NCBI GenBank assembly: GCA_965223425.1
Contig: OZ245003.1
Span: 2,336,001-2,400,000 of the forward strand
Length of the DNA stretch: 64,000 nucleotides
Reading direction: 5' to 3'
From: Nitrosopumilus sp.
GTDB lineage: Archaea; Thermoproteota; Nitrososphaeria; Nitrososphaerales; Nitrosopumilaceae
A program made the position numbers and the translations under genes. Each line of letters opens with the position of its first letter. Within the stretch, counting starts at the first letter, position 1. This document shows positions 1 through 10,424 of this stretch, piece after piece. The notes under the pieces are model-generated. The model had not been told where the DNA came from, ran no database searches, and was given only the letters and a program-made list of their open reading frames with translations.

Positions 1-143
1 TTTGTCTGCCGGTATTACTATGGAATCGTTGTATTTCATGCGGATTCTGCCATACACTGGGATCTGGATCTTGTGGTTGAATAATGTTGTCTGTTTTGTG
101 AGCGATTGTTAATCCAATTCACTACGTAAACGTCCGTTCCCCA

Positions 144-3100
144 TTATTTGTCCTGCTTTTGTCTCATGATGAACATGACAGCAATTCCGATCGCAACACC
201 GGCTGCTACTCCAAGGGCAATACCGGAATTAAATGACAAATCAGAATCACCAGGGTTGTTTCTTTGAGCAAAGTCCGGCAGGGGTTCTGTTTGGGCAACA
301 GTATCATTACTGTCGTTGAGAGGAGGAAGAGGGGAAGTGGAAGGGGGAAGAGAAGAAGGATCCGCTACTCCAAATGTGGTTTCTGCCTGTGCGTCCTGAG
401 ACGAAATATTGGTAAATTTAGCTGCAAGCGTGACAGGTTCTGTCGTGGAATTTCCTCCAAACAGCGTTGAATGTGTCAAAAGTGTATAAGTTCCAGTTTG
501 ATTAATCGGAACATAAAGAACAGTGGAGGTGTCATCCTTGTTTTTTACGGGAAAGAACCCGCCGCCCTGGCTAAAACCAGAAACGCCCAGCCAGTCAAGT
601 GAGGCCCATCCTAGAAAATGGCCAAACACTCCGGAGGGAACATTTGTCTGGACAATCCGTCCGGAGGGATCCATTACAAAGACAGACAGGTTGGTATCAT
701 CAGTCAGCCATGAAAGCTCGATTGCCGCTGAATTAACTGATTCGTCTTGGATGTCAAAGTAATACTGCCGCCAGTCTCCTGCCATGTATCTGTTAACCAT
801 ATCAAACGCTCCCTTGGTGTATCCGTTGCCATACAGAACATCGTCGCCCTGTCTTCCTTCAATAACTACGGCAGAGTCATTTTGATCAACCAGATGCTTG
901 ATTACAAAGGATACAGGCGCGTTTACAGAGTGCCGCTCTCCCTCAAAACTTAGAAATCCCTGATAAGCCCCTGTCTGCAGATCAGATGGTGCAACCAAAG
1001 TTACATCAACTGTGGCAGAAGCCTTTGGAGGCACGGTAATTTGCTGTGACTCAACCCACAGGGCAGGCCAATTCTCCTTTTGATAGTATCTTGCAGACAG
1101 CGTGTAATCCATCGAGGTGGAGTTCATTTTTGTATCGCCTGTCCAGTAGGAATATCTTGTCGGAACGGGATACACCCCAACCAGCGGAACCCCTTCAAAC
1201 TTTTCGTTGGGATCAGTGACCCTAAGCTCCTGAACGGTTCCCCACGAACCGGCCCTGTTTACCATGGACAGCTCATCGCTTGTAACTTCCGTGTCGTTGT
1301 TGCTATCAAGCCAGTCATAAAGATACAGGGAAGAGATTCTGAGATCACCGGCATACATATCTGAGGTTTCATTCATGAACGTGTCAAACGGAAAATTTAC
1401 GCTTAACACCATTAACGAAGAGTCATCAGGAATTGGATCTTTGTCGTCAAAAAATTCGTCCAAAGTGGAGGGCTGCCTTACATCTGCAAGCCTGACATAG
1501 TTGGGAATGTAGGATCCAGACTTGTTAAGCGCGGAATCCTGCTGACGTACGGCAGTTGCGCCATCAAACTCGGTCTTTGCAATTAAAGACAGCTTTTTTG
1601 GCATTACGTCAACTGTCAGCTCGTTCTCAGAGGGATTGACTACGGTAAAGGTCGCAGGGCTTCTCTCCCCAGGCAACAGCTGTCCTGCAAACCAGCTAGT
1701 CATCGGAATGGATCTTGATGGCAGCCCAAACCGTTCAAATCCAATCGCAGTCAAATTGAGAGAGTCCATCGCAGGATCCAGAATTTTCTTAATGTTGTGG
1801 TATGATGCGTCATTATATACAATAAACGAGCCGTTTTTTCCAGCAACATAGTCCAAAGCAGAGGAGACGTCAACCAGTCCCGACCCCTGGGTGAACGGGT
1901 CATTTTCCAGGTCAGCGGCAGTAGACATTAGGATGTTTTTGACTGTGAACGGATCGGCGTCTTGGGACTGTCTTTTCATTACCTCAATCAGAACTGCCGC
2001 ACCCCCAGATACGATAGGCGCTGCCATGCTGGTTCCTCCAAACAGGGAAAAGGACTCGTCCTTGGAGTCTTTTTGGGTTTTTATGACGTTTGAAGGGGTA
2101 AACCCGTATGCGCCAACGCCCATCAGGTCAGGCTTGGGATCGCCAACAGGGCCCGGGCCCCTGCTGGAAAAGTCAACTACGTGGTTGTAATGGGACGTCG
2201 TATTTCCAAATCTTGGCTGCTCCTTGAATGGCCCGTAACCTACAAAGACATTATTGGTAGTTGCGCCAACTGAGATTCCGTACGGCGAAACGCTAGGCAG
2301 TCCCACCGTACCGTAACCATGTCCGGAATTTCCGGCACTGGAAACCATTGTCACCCCGGGATAGTCATCATCCAAAGAATGAGGCGTCACCAGCACGCCG
2401 AGAATCAAAGAGAGGACATCCATGCCAGGGGACGCGTTAAAAGTTGGAAATGCAGAGACGCCCCAGCTGTTTGAGATTATGTCAACTCTGGGATTTCCCG
2501 TAAACTTCCAATCATGCCCTGCATTATCAAATCCGGCAGACCACAGCCATCCATACACCGTATCGCCAAACCACAGCGCCTTTACCGGAACAATCTTTGC
2601 ATCCGGAGCTACGCCGGTAATGGTGTATTTTTCAGTGTTGTTGTAGATGTCATAAGTCTCATGCCCCCGCGAGGCAATGGATGCGGCACTAGCTGTGCCA
2701 TGCCCCGCAAAATCCGTCATCAGTCCAAAAAACTCACCGTCGGGATCCAAGGCGGGAAGCAGTGTCCCGTTGACTGCCCGTATCGAGTCGTGAATTTCTG
2801 CGGTCTTGTTTTGCATCACCCCGTAAACGTCCAGGACTTGGGCGCCAAACGTTCCTGCGCTATAGTCATTTTTTCCGTCGCCGTTTGAGTCATAGACAAG
2901 AAATTCGTTTCCGCTTCCCAGCACAATCGGCTTTTCGTCGGTAAAATCAAAGTCATAGCTTGGCTTTTCATCCGGCTCCAGATCAAACCTGGTATAGTCT
3001 TCCCATGAGGTACTCAGATCCGGGATTATTGTGTCATAAACCCCGGGCATGAAAGAGTCAACGACTAGCACGGGCACAACCTGGATTCGTGCCAGGGGCC

Positions 3101-4049
3101 CCTGTACTGCGCCCTGGTATATCACGCCAAGATGATACACCCCGCTTTTTGATTTGATGTAGTTTCTGTTATCGTCACCGATTTTCATATCATTGGCCAG
3201 GGTTCCGTTAAAAATTACTGAAGAGCCAAGCTGCGGAAAAAAAGAGTTATAGATTGGAATCTGGGTTCCATTCCCATCTTGGGACACGTCAAGAAAAACC
3301 CCGTCCTTTGATACGTAAGCTGAGGAGGTCATGTGGGGCGGTATGGGCCTGCTGTGATTTCGGATAACCTCATTCTCATCGATGAGCGCAAAGAAGGTTG
3401 CGTTTGTAAAGACAATTCCCTGGCCGTCAGGATCAAGCATTATGGGATGGTTCTTCTCGTCCCTGGCAAGAGAGTGCCGTATGTCTAGATTAGAAAAATC
3501 AACCCCGGTATCCACAACTGCAATTGTTGTTCCGTTTCCAGTGGCATTGTAGTTTTGTCGGGCAATGTCTGAGCGCGATATTTGGGCAATCCTGGACGCG
3601 TCGCTTGGAGGCTTGTCGCTTGGGGATTCGTCGTCAGCACCGTCAGAATGAAAGTCCAGCTGCAAGTCTTCGATCACATTATAACCTTGAGAGGCCAGAT
3701 TTGACGCGTTGCTCTCTGAAAGTATTGCCACATGGAAGAATCCGCTGCCGGAATTAACTCCATGCAGGGAGTTGTTTCTTAAGGAGCCAGAATTCCCAGG
3801 GGCCGTTCCAAAGATCAGATATCGCTTGAAGCTGTTTTCAGTAAAAAAATCAGAGTCAACCTTGATGATGTCTGAACTAAACTCAATTTGCCGTGTTGGC
3901 ATCTGTCCTTCTGGAATCACGTCTTCGGGAAGTAACGCAAAAGAATTTGTCAGTACGATTGAAAAAAGTACGACAGAAAAGAAAATCGCCACCTTGGGCA
4001 TCAATGGTTTTTCTTTTACAGCATTATTATAACTATCTTCTTCGTGCAA
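144..4049 (-). CDS. Membrane-anchored S8 (subtilisin-like) serine peptidase
   Basis: Catalytic motifs VVDTG, AGHGT, SAGNSG and GGTSMAAP; N-terminal signal peptide and C-terminal TM helix. The true start may be the second Met (MPKVAIF). Confidence 0.92.
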   Translation of the reverse strand: MHEEDSYNNAVKEKPLMPKVAIFFSVVLFSIVLTNSFALLPEDVIPEGQMPTRQIEFSSDIIKVDSDFFTENSFKRYLIFGTAPGNSGSLRNNSLHGVNSGSGFFHVAILSESNASNLASQGYNVIEDLQLDFHSDGADDESPSDKPPSDASRIAQISRSDIARQNYNATGNGTTIAVVDTGVDFSNLDIRHSLARDEKNHPIMLDPDGQGIVFTNATFFALIDENEVIRNHSRPIPPHMTSSAYVSKDGVFLDVSQDGNGTQIPIYNSFFPQLGSSVIFNGTLANDMKIGDDNRNYIKSKSGVYHLGVIYQGAVQGPLARIQVVPVLVVDSFMPGVYDTIIPDLSTSWEDYTRFDLEPDEKPSYDFDFTDEKPIVLGSGNEFLVYDSNGDGKNDYSAGTFGAQVLDVYGVMQNKTAEIHDSIRAVNGTLLPALDPDGEFFGLMTDFAGHGTASAASIASRGHETYDIYNNTEKYTITGVAPDAKIVPVKALWFGDTVYGWLWSAGFDNAGHDWKFTGNPRVDIISNSWGVSAFPTFNASPGMDVLSLILGVLVTPHSLDDDYPGVTMVSSAGNSGHGYGTVGLPSVSPYGISVGATTNNVFVGYGPFKEQPRFGNTTSHYNHVVDFSSRGPGPVGDPKPDLMGVGAYGFTPSNVIKTQKDSKDESFSLFGGTSMAAPIVSGGAAVLIEVMKRQSQDADPFTVKNILMSTAADLENDPFTQGSGLVDVSSALDYVAGKNGSFIVYNDASYHNIKKILDPAMDSLNLTAIGFERFGLPSRSIPMTSWFAGQLLPGERSPATFTVVNPSENELTVDVMPKKLSLIAKTEFDGATAVRQQDSALNKSGSYIPNYVRLADVRQPSTLDEFFDDKDPIPDDSSLMVLSVNFPFDTFMNETSDMYAGDLRISSLYLYDWLDSNNDTEVTSDELSMVNRAGSWGTVQELRVTDPNEKFEGVPLVGVYPVPTRYSYWTGDTKMNSTSMDYTLSARYYQKENWPALWVESQQITVPPKASATVDVTLVAPSDLQTGAYQGFLSFEGERHSVNAPVSFVIKHLVDQNDSAVVIEGRQGDDVLYGNGYTKGAFDMVNRYMAGDWRQYYFDIQDESVNSAAIELSWLTDDTNLSVFVMDPSGRIVQTNVPSGVFGHFLGWASLDWLGVSGFSQGGGFFPVKNKDDTSTVLYVPINQTGTYTLLTHSTLFGGNSTTEPVTLAAKFTNISSQDAQAETTFGVADPSSLPPSTSPLPPLNDSNDTVAQTEPLPDFAQRNNPGDSDLSFNSGIALGVAAGVAIGIAVMFIMRQKQDK

Positions 4050-5016
4050 GAATTGTAATTTGCAGGGCTACAATGAGCCCAATTGACGCAATAATTGGCA
4101 GCATCAACGCGTTAAGCTGGGACGATGCCTCGCTGATGAATTTTACAGAACTGGAAATGGTTCCAATGTTTTCATCAATTTGGACACTGGCGCGTTCCAG
4201 GGTATCGTCGAACCCCTCAATTTCTGATTTTAGAGTGTCAAGCTCGCGTGAGGTCTCATCCAAAATTGAGTTGAGCTTGATTATTTCTTTGTTGATTCCG
4301 CCGAGATTCTGGCTCAGTACGTGGGTTGCGGCAAATCCTTTTGATATGACCCCCTCATTGAACACGGATATTTGAAAAACATGTGTTCCCTGCTGCTTTG
4401 GGGTAAAGTCAAGATAGTAGACCCCGGGATACAGCGTCTTAAACGAGTTTCTTATGGACAGGGACAGCCCGTCAGGCAGGTGAATCAAGGAATTTCCAAG
4501 CAGTTCTGAAGGGTTGTTTCCAATGTTTAATCCATCGCGGGTGGTTTGAACAAATACCCGAAATGACTGGTTTATTGCCCCAGTCTCTGGCGCAAATACA
4601 ACAGTGTCAATTCGTCGCTCTACTGCAACGGAGACCAGATCCGTTGTTGATGAAAATTTGATGTCTATTTTCTCAGATATTCCGTTTTGCTCAGTGCTTA
4701 GCACCTCGACAACATAGGTTCCGTAAGGCGTGGATGACGAGGGCTGGGGCCAAAGTAATAATTGATGGTTAAAAGACCCGTCGGGTTCAGTTTGTACCTG
4801 TTCAAATTTTGTAATCGACTCGTCTGGTGCAAACAGTCGCAATATCAGGCTCTCGCCGGGCAGGCCGGTTCCGTAAACTTGCAAGGCGTGATCCGGGGAA
4901 TACACCTTGCTGTTTGTAGAAGCCGCCAACCCTTCTGAAAAAGAACTTTGGGTTGGAAGCAAAAGGAACAGGAACAGGAACAGGAATGGAATGGAAAATA
5001 AAATGGCTGATTTCAT
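4033..5016 (-). CDS. Secreted protein with C-terminal coiled coil and TM anchor (SlaB-like architecture)
   Basis: Signal peptide, beta-rich domains, heptad-rich segment and C-terminal TM ending RRR; lies directly downstream of the S-layer gene. Confidence 0.6.
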   Translation of the reverse strand: MKSAILFSIPFLFLFLFLLLPTQSSFSEGLAASTNSKVYSPDHALQVYGTGLPGESLILRLFAPDESITKFEQVQTEPDGSFNHQLLLWPQPSSSTPYGTYVVEVLSTEQNGISEKIDIKFSSTTDLVSVAVERRIDTVVFAPETGAINQSFRVFVQTTRDGLNIGNNPSELLGNSLIHLPDGLSLSIRNSFKTLYPGVYYLDFTPKQQGTHVFQISVFNEGVISKGFAATHVLSQNLGGINKEIIKLNSILDETSRELDTLKSEIEGFDDTLERASVQIDENIGTISSSVKFISEASSQLNALMLPIIASIGLIVALQITILARRR

Positions 5017-5089
5017 TTTAATTAACTGTCATTGTCCTACTAGATATTACTTCTGGAAAAATTGTCTATAACTTTCGTTAAGAATGATT

Positions 5090-5113
5090 CAAAAAAAGAA
5101 AAAAGGGAAAATT
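5090..5113 (-). terminator. Oligo-U terminator after the S-layer gene
   Basis: The minus strand reads a long T-rich run (TTTTCCC then T-tracts) just after the stop codon at 5124. Confidence 0.5.
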
Positions 5114-5123
5114 TGAACTAGTT

Positions 5124-8100
5124 CTAACTTACGTTGACAGTTGTACTAACTGGTGGCGATAGAGCCGTTGGATTATCAACAGACTCCCAGACAAATGCGG
5201 TTGTTGTGTAACTTCCTGAATTTGCTGGAATCCATGATAATGCCGGGCTGAATGATTGACCAGGATCTAATGTACCTGTAATCCATGCCAGTGATACTGT
5301 AACACCGTTACCATCCTGAACCTGTACCAAGTATGCAAACTGTTGCTTTTTATCCTGACCACTTGCCAAGTCAGCACTGATTTGTACCTGTTGATCAACG
5401 GAAACAGAATCTAAGCTGTTGCCGAATGCGTCAACTGTTCTCAAGTTAGTAGTTAATACTCTCTCGAGAGGTGGTACAACAGTACCGATTAGTGAAGTGG
5501 CAGTAATATCAAGTTCATCTCCAGTTGTGTATGGCTTGGGTAGTGTATTGTCCTCATATTCTGCAGTGACTGTGTCACCTTCTGCGACTCTGAGTCTGTG
5601 GCCGGATGATTCGTCAGTAATTGTGAAGAACACAGTACCTTCGAAAATTCCGGTTGCCTCATTAGTCTCAGTTACAGTAAGGTCAATACCTCCGGCATCA
5701 GAGTCAGAAAACACATTGACATGGAAGTTGTCAACTGCTTCTGGATCCAAGTTCATGTCTGGATCAATTACTCTTATAACACCTGTTCCGCTAGCTGGAT
5801 AGCTTGCTTCAAGCCACTGGACTTCACCAATGTTCCATCTGATAAGTGATGAACCAATTACAGTTTCACCATCTGAGAATTCAAAGGACACTGTAAGTCC
5901 ATCATCGTCATCAGATTCTAGGAATCCGCCTGTTGGACCTGATCCAGTTGTTCGTGGATTGGTATCCTCTGTACTATCACCGTCTGCATCGTGTGCAAAT
6001 CCAGTAAGGATAACCTCACCAGTAAAGATGCCTGTGTCAGTACCAGTTTCGACTAGCTTGTAGTTGTCAAGATCAAATCCTCTGGTTGAAACCTTTATTG
6101 GGTCATTCTCAGATTCTCCGATTTCGTCAACTAAATCACTGTCAAAGTTGTGGTCTGGTGCGACAATGGTAATGTAGACTTTATCAGTCCATGTGTAAAC
6201 TTTTTGGTCAAGTTCTATAGTTGCACCGAAGTTTGAAGTATAGACTGTCAAGTTGATATCTTCATCTTCATCACCTACATAGTTGGCGCCACTTGGACCC
6301 CAATCAGTGTATTCTAAGCCAATCTCCTCACCTCGATCTAAATCTTCATTGGCTATAGCATCAGGAATTTCAATCACTACCTGGAAGATACCAGTAGAAT
6401 CGCCTGTCTCTCTAAGAGCAGATGGTTCTGGGTCAAATGCGAGATGATGCTTATCATCACCACCACCTATGGAACCCATGGTCATGGTTGCTGCATCTGA
6501 ATCCCACTCAATCAAGTCAAGAGAATATGTCTCAGCACCATCATTGTCAAGATCGAAGTCTGGCTCAATGAGAGTCAAGATCATGTCGGATCCAATTAGG
6601 TACACAGATTTGTCGGATTGTAAGACACCGTTTCTAAGGTCAAATGTAGCTGAATCAGTTACAGTATTTGGAGAACCTGAGGCATCAGTAGGATCAGCAT
6701 ATTCCACAGTGAGAATATCTCCCTGTAAGATACAGTGTTGTGAATTGCTCCCCTCAATATGAGATACTGCTTTGGTATTGCTTTCTGGACATGTAGGCGA
6801 TTCAGGACCGTCGGTGTACGCTATAGGAATGTCAATCTCAAAGATTCCAGCAGTTGGTTCAATTTCTACGATTGGACCGAACTCTTTGGTAATTTTTTTG
6901 TTAGGATTTTCAGGATCTGGTTTTTGAATAGCTTCACCTATAGTTATCCGGGTCAGTTCATCTTCAACGTATTGCTGAATTGCATCACTGTCTGAACCGG
7001 CTGTTCCAAGTAGAACAGTATCGCCACCTCTAGTAACCATAACCTTTACTGGGCCATGGATATCTGATTCGGCAATTTTGTCCTGACCACTCCCAGATAC
7101 ATCATAGTCCGGATCATTGACTCTGATGTGAATCATGAGTTGACCGTTATCTAGATGTTCTCCTTCACCTGCTGTATCATGTACTGCAAAGAAAGAACCA
7201 TCATTTTCATCGTCTGTGAAGTTACCTGGCATACCAAATGGTACTGGATAGACAGTTCTGTCAAGAGATATAGAACCAGTATTGGCTCTAATTCCTGCAC
7301 TGTCTCCAACTTCAATCTCTTCACCTGAAGAATCTCTAAAGTCTTGATAGTTTACTTCTATGTCAAGACCGGTTACAGTAACAGCTATGTCATCTGGAGT
7401 ACAGTATTCTTCTGGAACTTGGAAATTAGTGGTAAAGACGCCTGTGTCTACACCGGTTTCTTGCAAACTGCCAATGGCAGAGCCAAAGCCTTCATTGTGG
7501 ATAGGAGAACATCGCTCCCATGGCTTGTCATCAAAGGTAACATCCAAGAGTAAGGATCTGTCAGATCCTATAGTATCACCTGTAACAGTATAGATGTCTT
7601 TTACGTCACTATCAGTATTAAGGTCTCTATCCTCTAATGTGATTGTGACAGTATCAGCTACCTTGTAATTATCACTGTCAAATGATACGACACCGGAATA
7701 TGTTGGAGCATTAATTTTGTCAGATGTCTGAGTCTTTACACCTTGACCATCACGATCAAGATAAATCATCTCAACTCCGTCCTCGTCAGTCAAATCCTCA
7801 TGTACAATAATATCCAACTCATCACTAATGGTTGCAAGTCCATCGTATGTATCATGCTCGTAGATATTGATTTGATTTAGCATGATATATTCAACTGTTC
7901 CGCTATATACACCAGTGTTTACATCAGTTTCTTCTGCTTCAAATCTGTAGATTGCGTCATTGTATCTTGTACCATCATTTGATTGTCCAAATGTGAAAAT
8001 ATCCAATAAGATATTGAACGTTTCACCACCACCGCTTAAACCTGTATCAATCTCGATAGTGAGATTGCCAGTAAAGTTAGCAGTTGAACTATCTGCGGTA

Positions 8101-10241
8101 TATAGATCCAGACCTTGATCTGAATTTGACAATGTCATGCTACCATCTCCTCCTGTTAGTCTGATCTCAGTAGCGCTCAAAGATCTAACATCATAATTGA
8201 TAAGTTGAAAAACACCATTAGTGTTTACCAAATCATCAAGGATACTAGAATCAATGTTAGTTGAGATTGTTACTGTAGGATTAGCAGTAAGTGTAATACC
8301 ACTAGTATCAATACTCAATATATTATCAAACGCTCCTACAGTAGAAGCGATCATAACATTACCGCTACCTCCAAGAACATTTAGCCTGTCATTTAGAACA
8401 TCAACTCTTTGTTGTGCATCCATTTCTGCAGTTTGTGCAACAGCTAAGGCATCAAGTGTCTTTTGCTGCGTAGCATTGTAGACTAACAAACTAAGTGCAG
8501 TGTTAATTTCCGCTAATCGTTCTTCAGCATTACGTTTAGCATTAATAGCTGCACCTACCTCACCTGGTTCACCAGAACGGTCTAGAGTCATTTGGGCCGC
8601 GTCTCTGTCAGCAATCTGATTTGTCATATTTGCAATCAAAGCAGCAGCTCCAACCTCTGCGTATACAGTATCTGCTGCTGTCTTGTTGCCATTAACAAAG
8701 CCTTGTGCCAGAGTTAATGCGGCATTAGCATCATTCAAATCACTTTGGAGTTCGGTAGTATCAGTAGTGCCTTGTATCATTACTTGTGTTGTACCTTCAA
8801 GTGTTTGTGGATTTCCAATTGAAATACTTGGAATTGATTCAAATGCACTGGATGCAACACTAAAGTCGTCATCAAGTAGGGAGTTTTTGTTCTCATCAGG
8901 ATCAAGTATGTTGACAGTCAGTGATTCGCCTGAACCCCAGTCTGCGTCAATACTTGATAGATCCATAGTTACGCTACCTGCTAAGAATGAGACTAGTCTG
9001 TTGATTGTTGTATCGTTATAGTCTATTTCAAAGTCAAGATCACGCAAGTCTGTCTCACTAGTCGTTGTCAGTGAAGACACATCACCATTGTCAGTATTTG
9101 AAAAGATACCAGAGTTTGGTTCTGTTTCTTGTACTGTGACAAGAGGTGAAGTTACAAGATCCGTTGAATACGGTGAAAGTTCTCTACGGTCTTGATAACC
9201 GTTATCCTCAACCATCAAGATTTCTTCCTCGATGTCGTCAGAGTTTGGACTTAGATCAATGAAAAGAAAACCATTATCACCGTAGAATGCGTTATTCAAT
9301 TCTGTTTTGTAATCTTTCAATTGGTTGGTGTTATCGATTGTAATAGATCCACTTTCATCAAACAAGTAATAGTATGCTGCATTGCTACCATCAGTATTAA
9401 ATGTCCAAGTATCTTCATCAGTTGGATCAATGTTTAATTGATTATCACTGATTGTTAAGTGGACATCAGCACCGTGTGGATAGCTTTCTCTATCCAAAGA
9501 GAAATCTGCAAAGTCGTCCATAGATTCGTCATAAATCACAGTGATTTTCTGGTTACTTCCACCTGAATGATAGATGACATCAATTGTAGCGTCATCTGTA
9601 AAGTCATTCCATGTTTGGATAAATGGCCAAACATTTATGTTGTTTAAACCATTGTTACCAAAAGTAGTACCAGGAAAGTCAAGATTACCATTACGATTAC
9701 TATTTGCTTCTTTTGCATTTCTTAGTACGTTTAATGTTTCCACAGCATTAGGTGTTTCACAGTTACTTCCAGACACATAGACTATAGTACCAACATCAAA
9801 ATCTTCGCCAATAAGACGATTAGCTTGTACATCGGTACATTCTGTACCAAAATCTAAACCAATATTGTTAAGAGTAGTAGCATTGTTACCATTATCAACT
9901 GCTTTTACATTGTCAGTATGCGCAACATATGCATACCAATAACCATCAGTTGCCTGAACCATTCTAAGATCATTGCCGTCAAAAGTTACATCAGGTTCTG
10001 CCTCATCTTCATCAGTTTCTGATAAATTGGGATCCCTTACAATAACTTCAACGACCATTGGTCCGCCAAATGTGGTAGTTGATACATACAGATTTGCTGT
10101 CTCTTTAGATTCAGCGCTAACATCAGGCATGATACCAGGGATTGCAAACGTCATTCCGCCTGCAACCATGATAGTCATTAATGTTAAACTAGTTATTTTT
10201 CGTTGTATTTCGTTATTCATGTTATTGAGTTTTTTCTTCAT
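5124..10241 (-). CDS. slaA: Thaumarchaeal S-layer protein (SlaA/NmSLP-like)
   Basis: N-terminus MNNEIQRKITSLTLMTIM (likely start 10220), repeated acidic Ig-like ETG.DTGIF motifs, and C-terminus AFVWESVDNPTALSPP typical of Nitrosopumilus S-layer proteins. Confidence 0.9.
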   Translation of the reverse strand: MKKKLNNMNNEIQRKITSLTLMTIMVAGGMTFAIPGIMPDVSAESKETANLYVSTTTFGGPMVVEVIVRDPNLSETDEDEAEPDVTFDGNDLRMVQATDGYWYAYVAHTDNVKAVDNGNNATTLNNIGLDFGTECTDVQANRLIGEDFDVGTIVYVSGSNCETPNAVETLNVLRNAKEANSNRNGNLDFPGTTFGNNGLNNINVWPFIQTWNDFTDDATIDVIYHSGGSNQKITVIYDESMDDFADFSLDRESYPHGADVHLTISDNQLNIDPTDEDTWTFNTDGSNAAYYYLFDESGSITIDNTNQLKDYKTELNNAFYGDNGFLFIDLSPNSDDIEEEILMVEDNGYQDRRELSPYSTDLVTSPLVTVQETEPNSGIFSNTDNGDVSSLTTTSETDLRDLDFEIDYNDTTINRLVSFLAGSVTMDLSSIDADWGSGESLTVNILDPDENKNSLLDDDFSVASSAFESIPSISIGNPQTLEGTTQVMIQGTTDTTELQSDLNDANAALTLAQGFVNGNKTAADTVYAEVGAAALIANMTNQIADRDAAQMTLDRSGEPGEVGAAINAKRNAEERLAEINTALSLLVYNATQQKTLDALAVAQTAEMDAQQRVDVLNDRLNVLGGSGNVMIASTVGAFDNILSIDTSGITLTANPTVTISTNIDSSILDDLVNTNGVFQLINYDVRSLSATEIRLTGGDGSMTLSNSDQGLDLYTADSSTANFTGNLTIEIDTGLSGGGETFNILLDIFTFGQSNDGTRYNDAIYRFEAEETDVNTGVYSGTVEYIMLNQINIYEHDTYDGLATISDELDIIVHEDLTDEDGVEMIYLDRDGQGVKTQTSDKINAPTYSGVVSFDSDNYKVADTVTITLEDRDLNTDSDVKDIYTVTGDTIGSDRSLLLDVTFDDKPWERCSPIHNEGFGSAIGSLQETGVDTGVFTTNFQVPEEYCTPDDIAVTVTGLDIEVNYQDFRDSSGEEIEVGDSAGIRANTGSISLDRTVYPVPFGMPGNFTDDENDGSFFAVHDTAGEGEHLDNGQLMIHIRVNDPDYDVSGSGQDKIAESDIHGPVKVMVTRGGDTVLLGTAGSDSDAIQQYVEDELTRITIGEAIQKPDPENPNKKITKEFGPIVEIEPTAGIFEIDIPIAYTDGPESPTCPESNTKAVSHIEGSNSQHCILQGDILTVEYADPTDASGSPNTVTDSATFDLRNGVLQSDKSVYLIGSDMILTLIEPDFDLDNDGAETYSLDLIEWDSDAATMTMGSIGGGDDKHHLAFDPEPSALRETGDSTGIFQVVIEIPDAIANEDLDRGEEIGLEYTDWGPSGANYVGDEDEDINLTVYTSNFGATIELDQKVYTWTDKVYITIVAPDHNFDSDLVDEIGESENDPIKVSTRGFDLDNYKLVETGTDTGIFTGEVILTGFAHDADGDSTEDTNPRTTGSGPTGGFLESDDDDGLTVSFEFSDGETVIGSSLIRWNIGEVQWLEASYPASGTGVIRVIDPDMNLDPEAVDNFHVNVFSDSDAGGIDLTVTETNEATGIFEGTVFFTITDESSGHRLRVAEGDTVTAEYEDNTLPKPYTTGDELDITATSLIGTVVPPLERVLTTNLRTVDAFGNSLDSVSVDQQVQISADLASGQDKKQQFAYLVQVQDGNGVTVSLAWITGTLDPGQSFSPALSWIPANSGSYTTTAFVWESVDNPTALSPPVSTTVNVS

Positions 10242-10424
10242 AGTTAGTATTTAAAACTAATGGACAAATTGTCCACAATTATAGAATTTTTTGATTAAAT
10301 TTCCAAATTTAATGAAATTATTTGAAGTTTGCGTTATAAAAATTACACTTTATTCCATAAACTGCAGTATGATCGTTAAATTTTTTATATTTTGCCTGTA
10401 ATTCATGAAATTTTTACAGCCTGT

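Noticed and set aside
4962-4995. AGGAAC hexamer repeat in a signal-peptide region
   Set aside because: Short, in frame and explained by an FLFLFL hydrophobic stretch.
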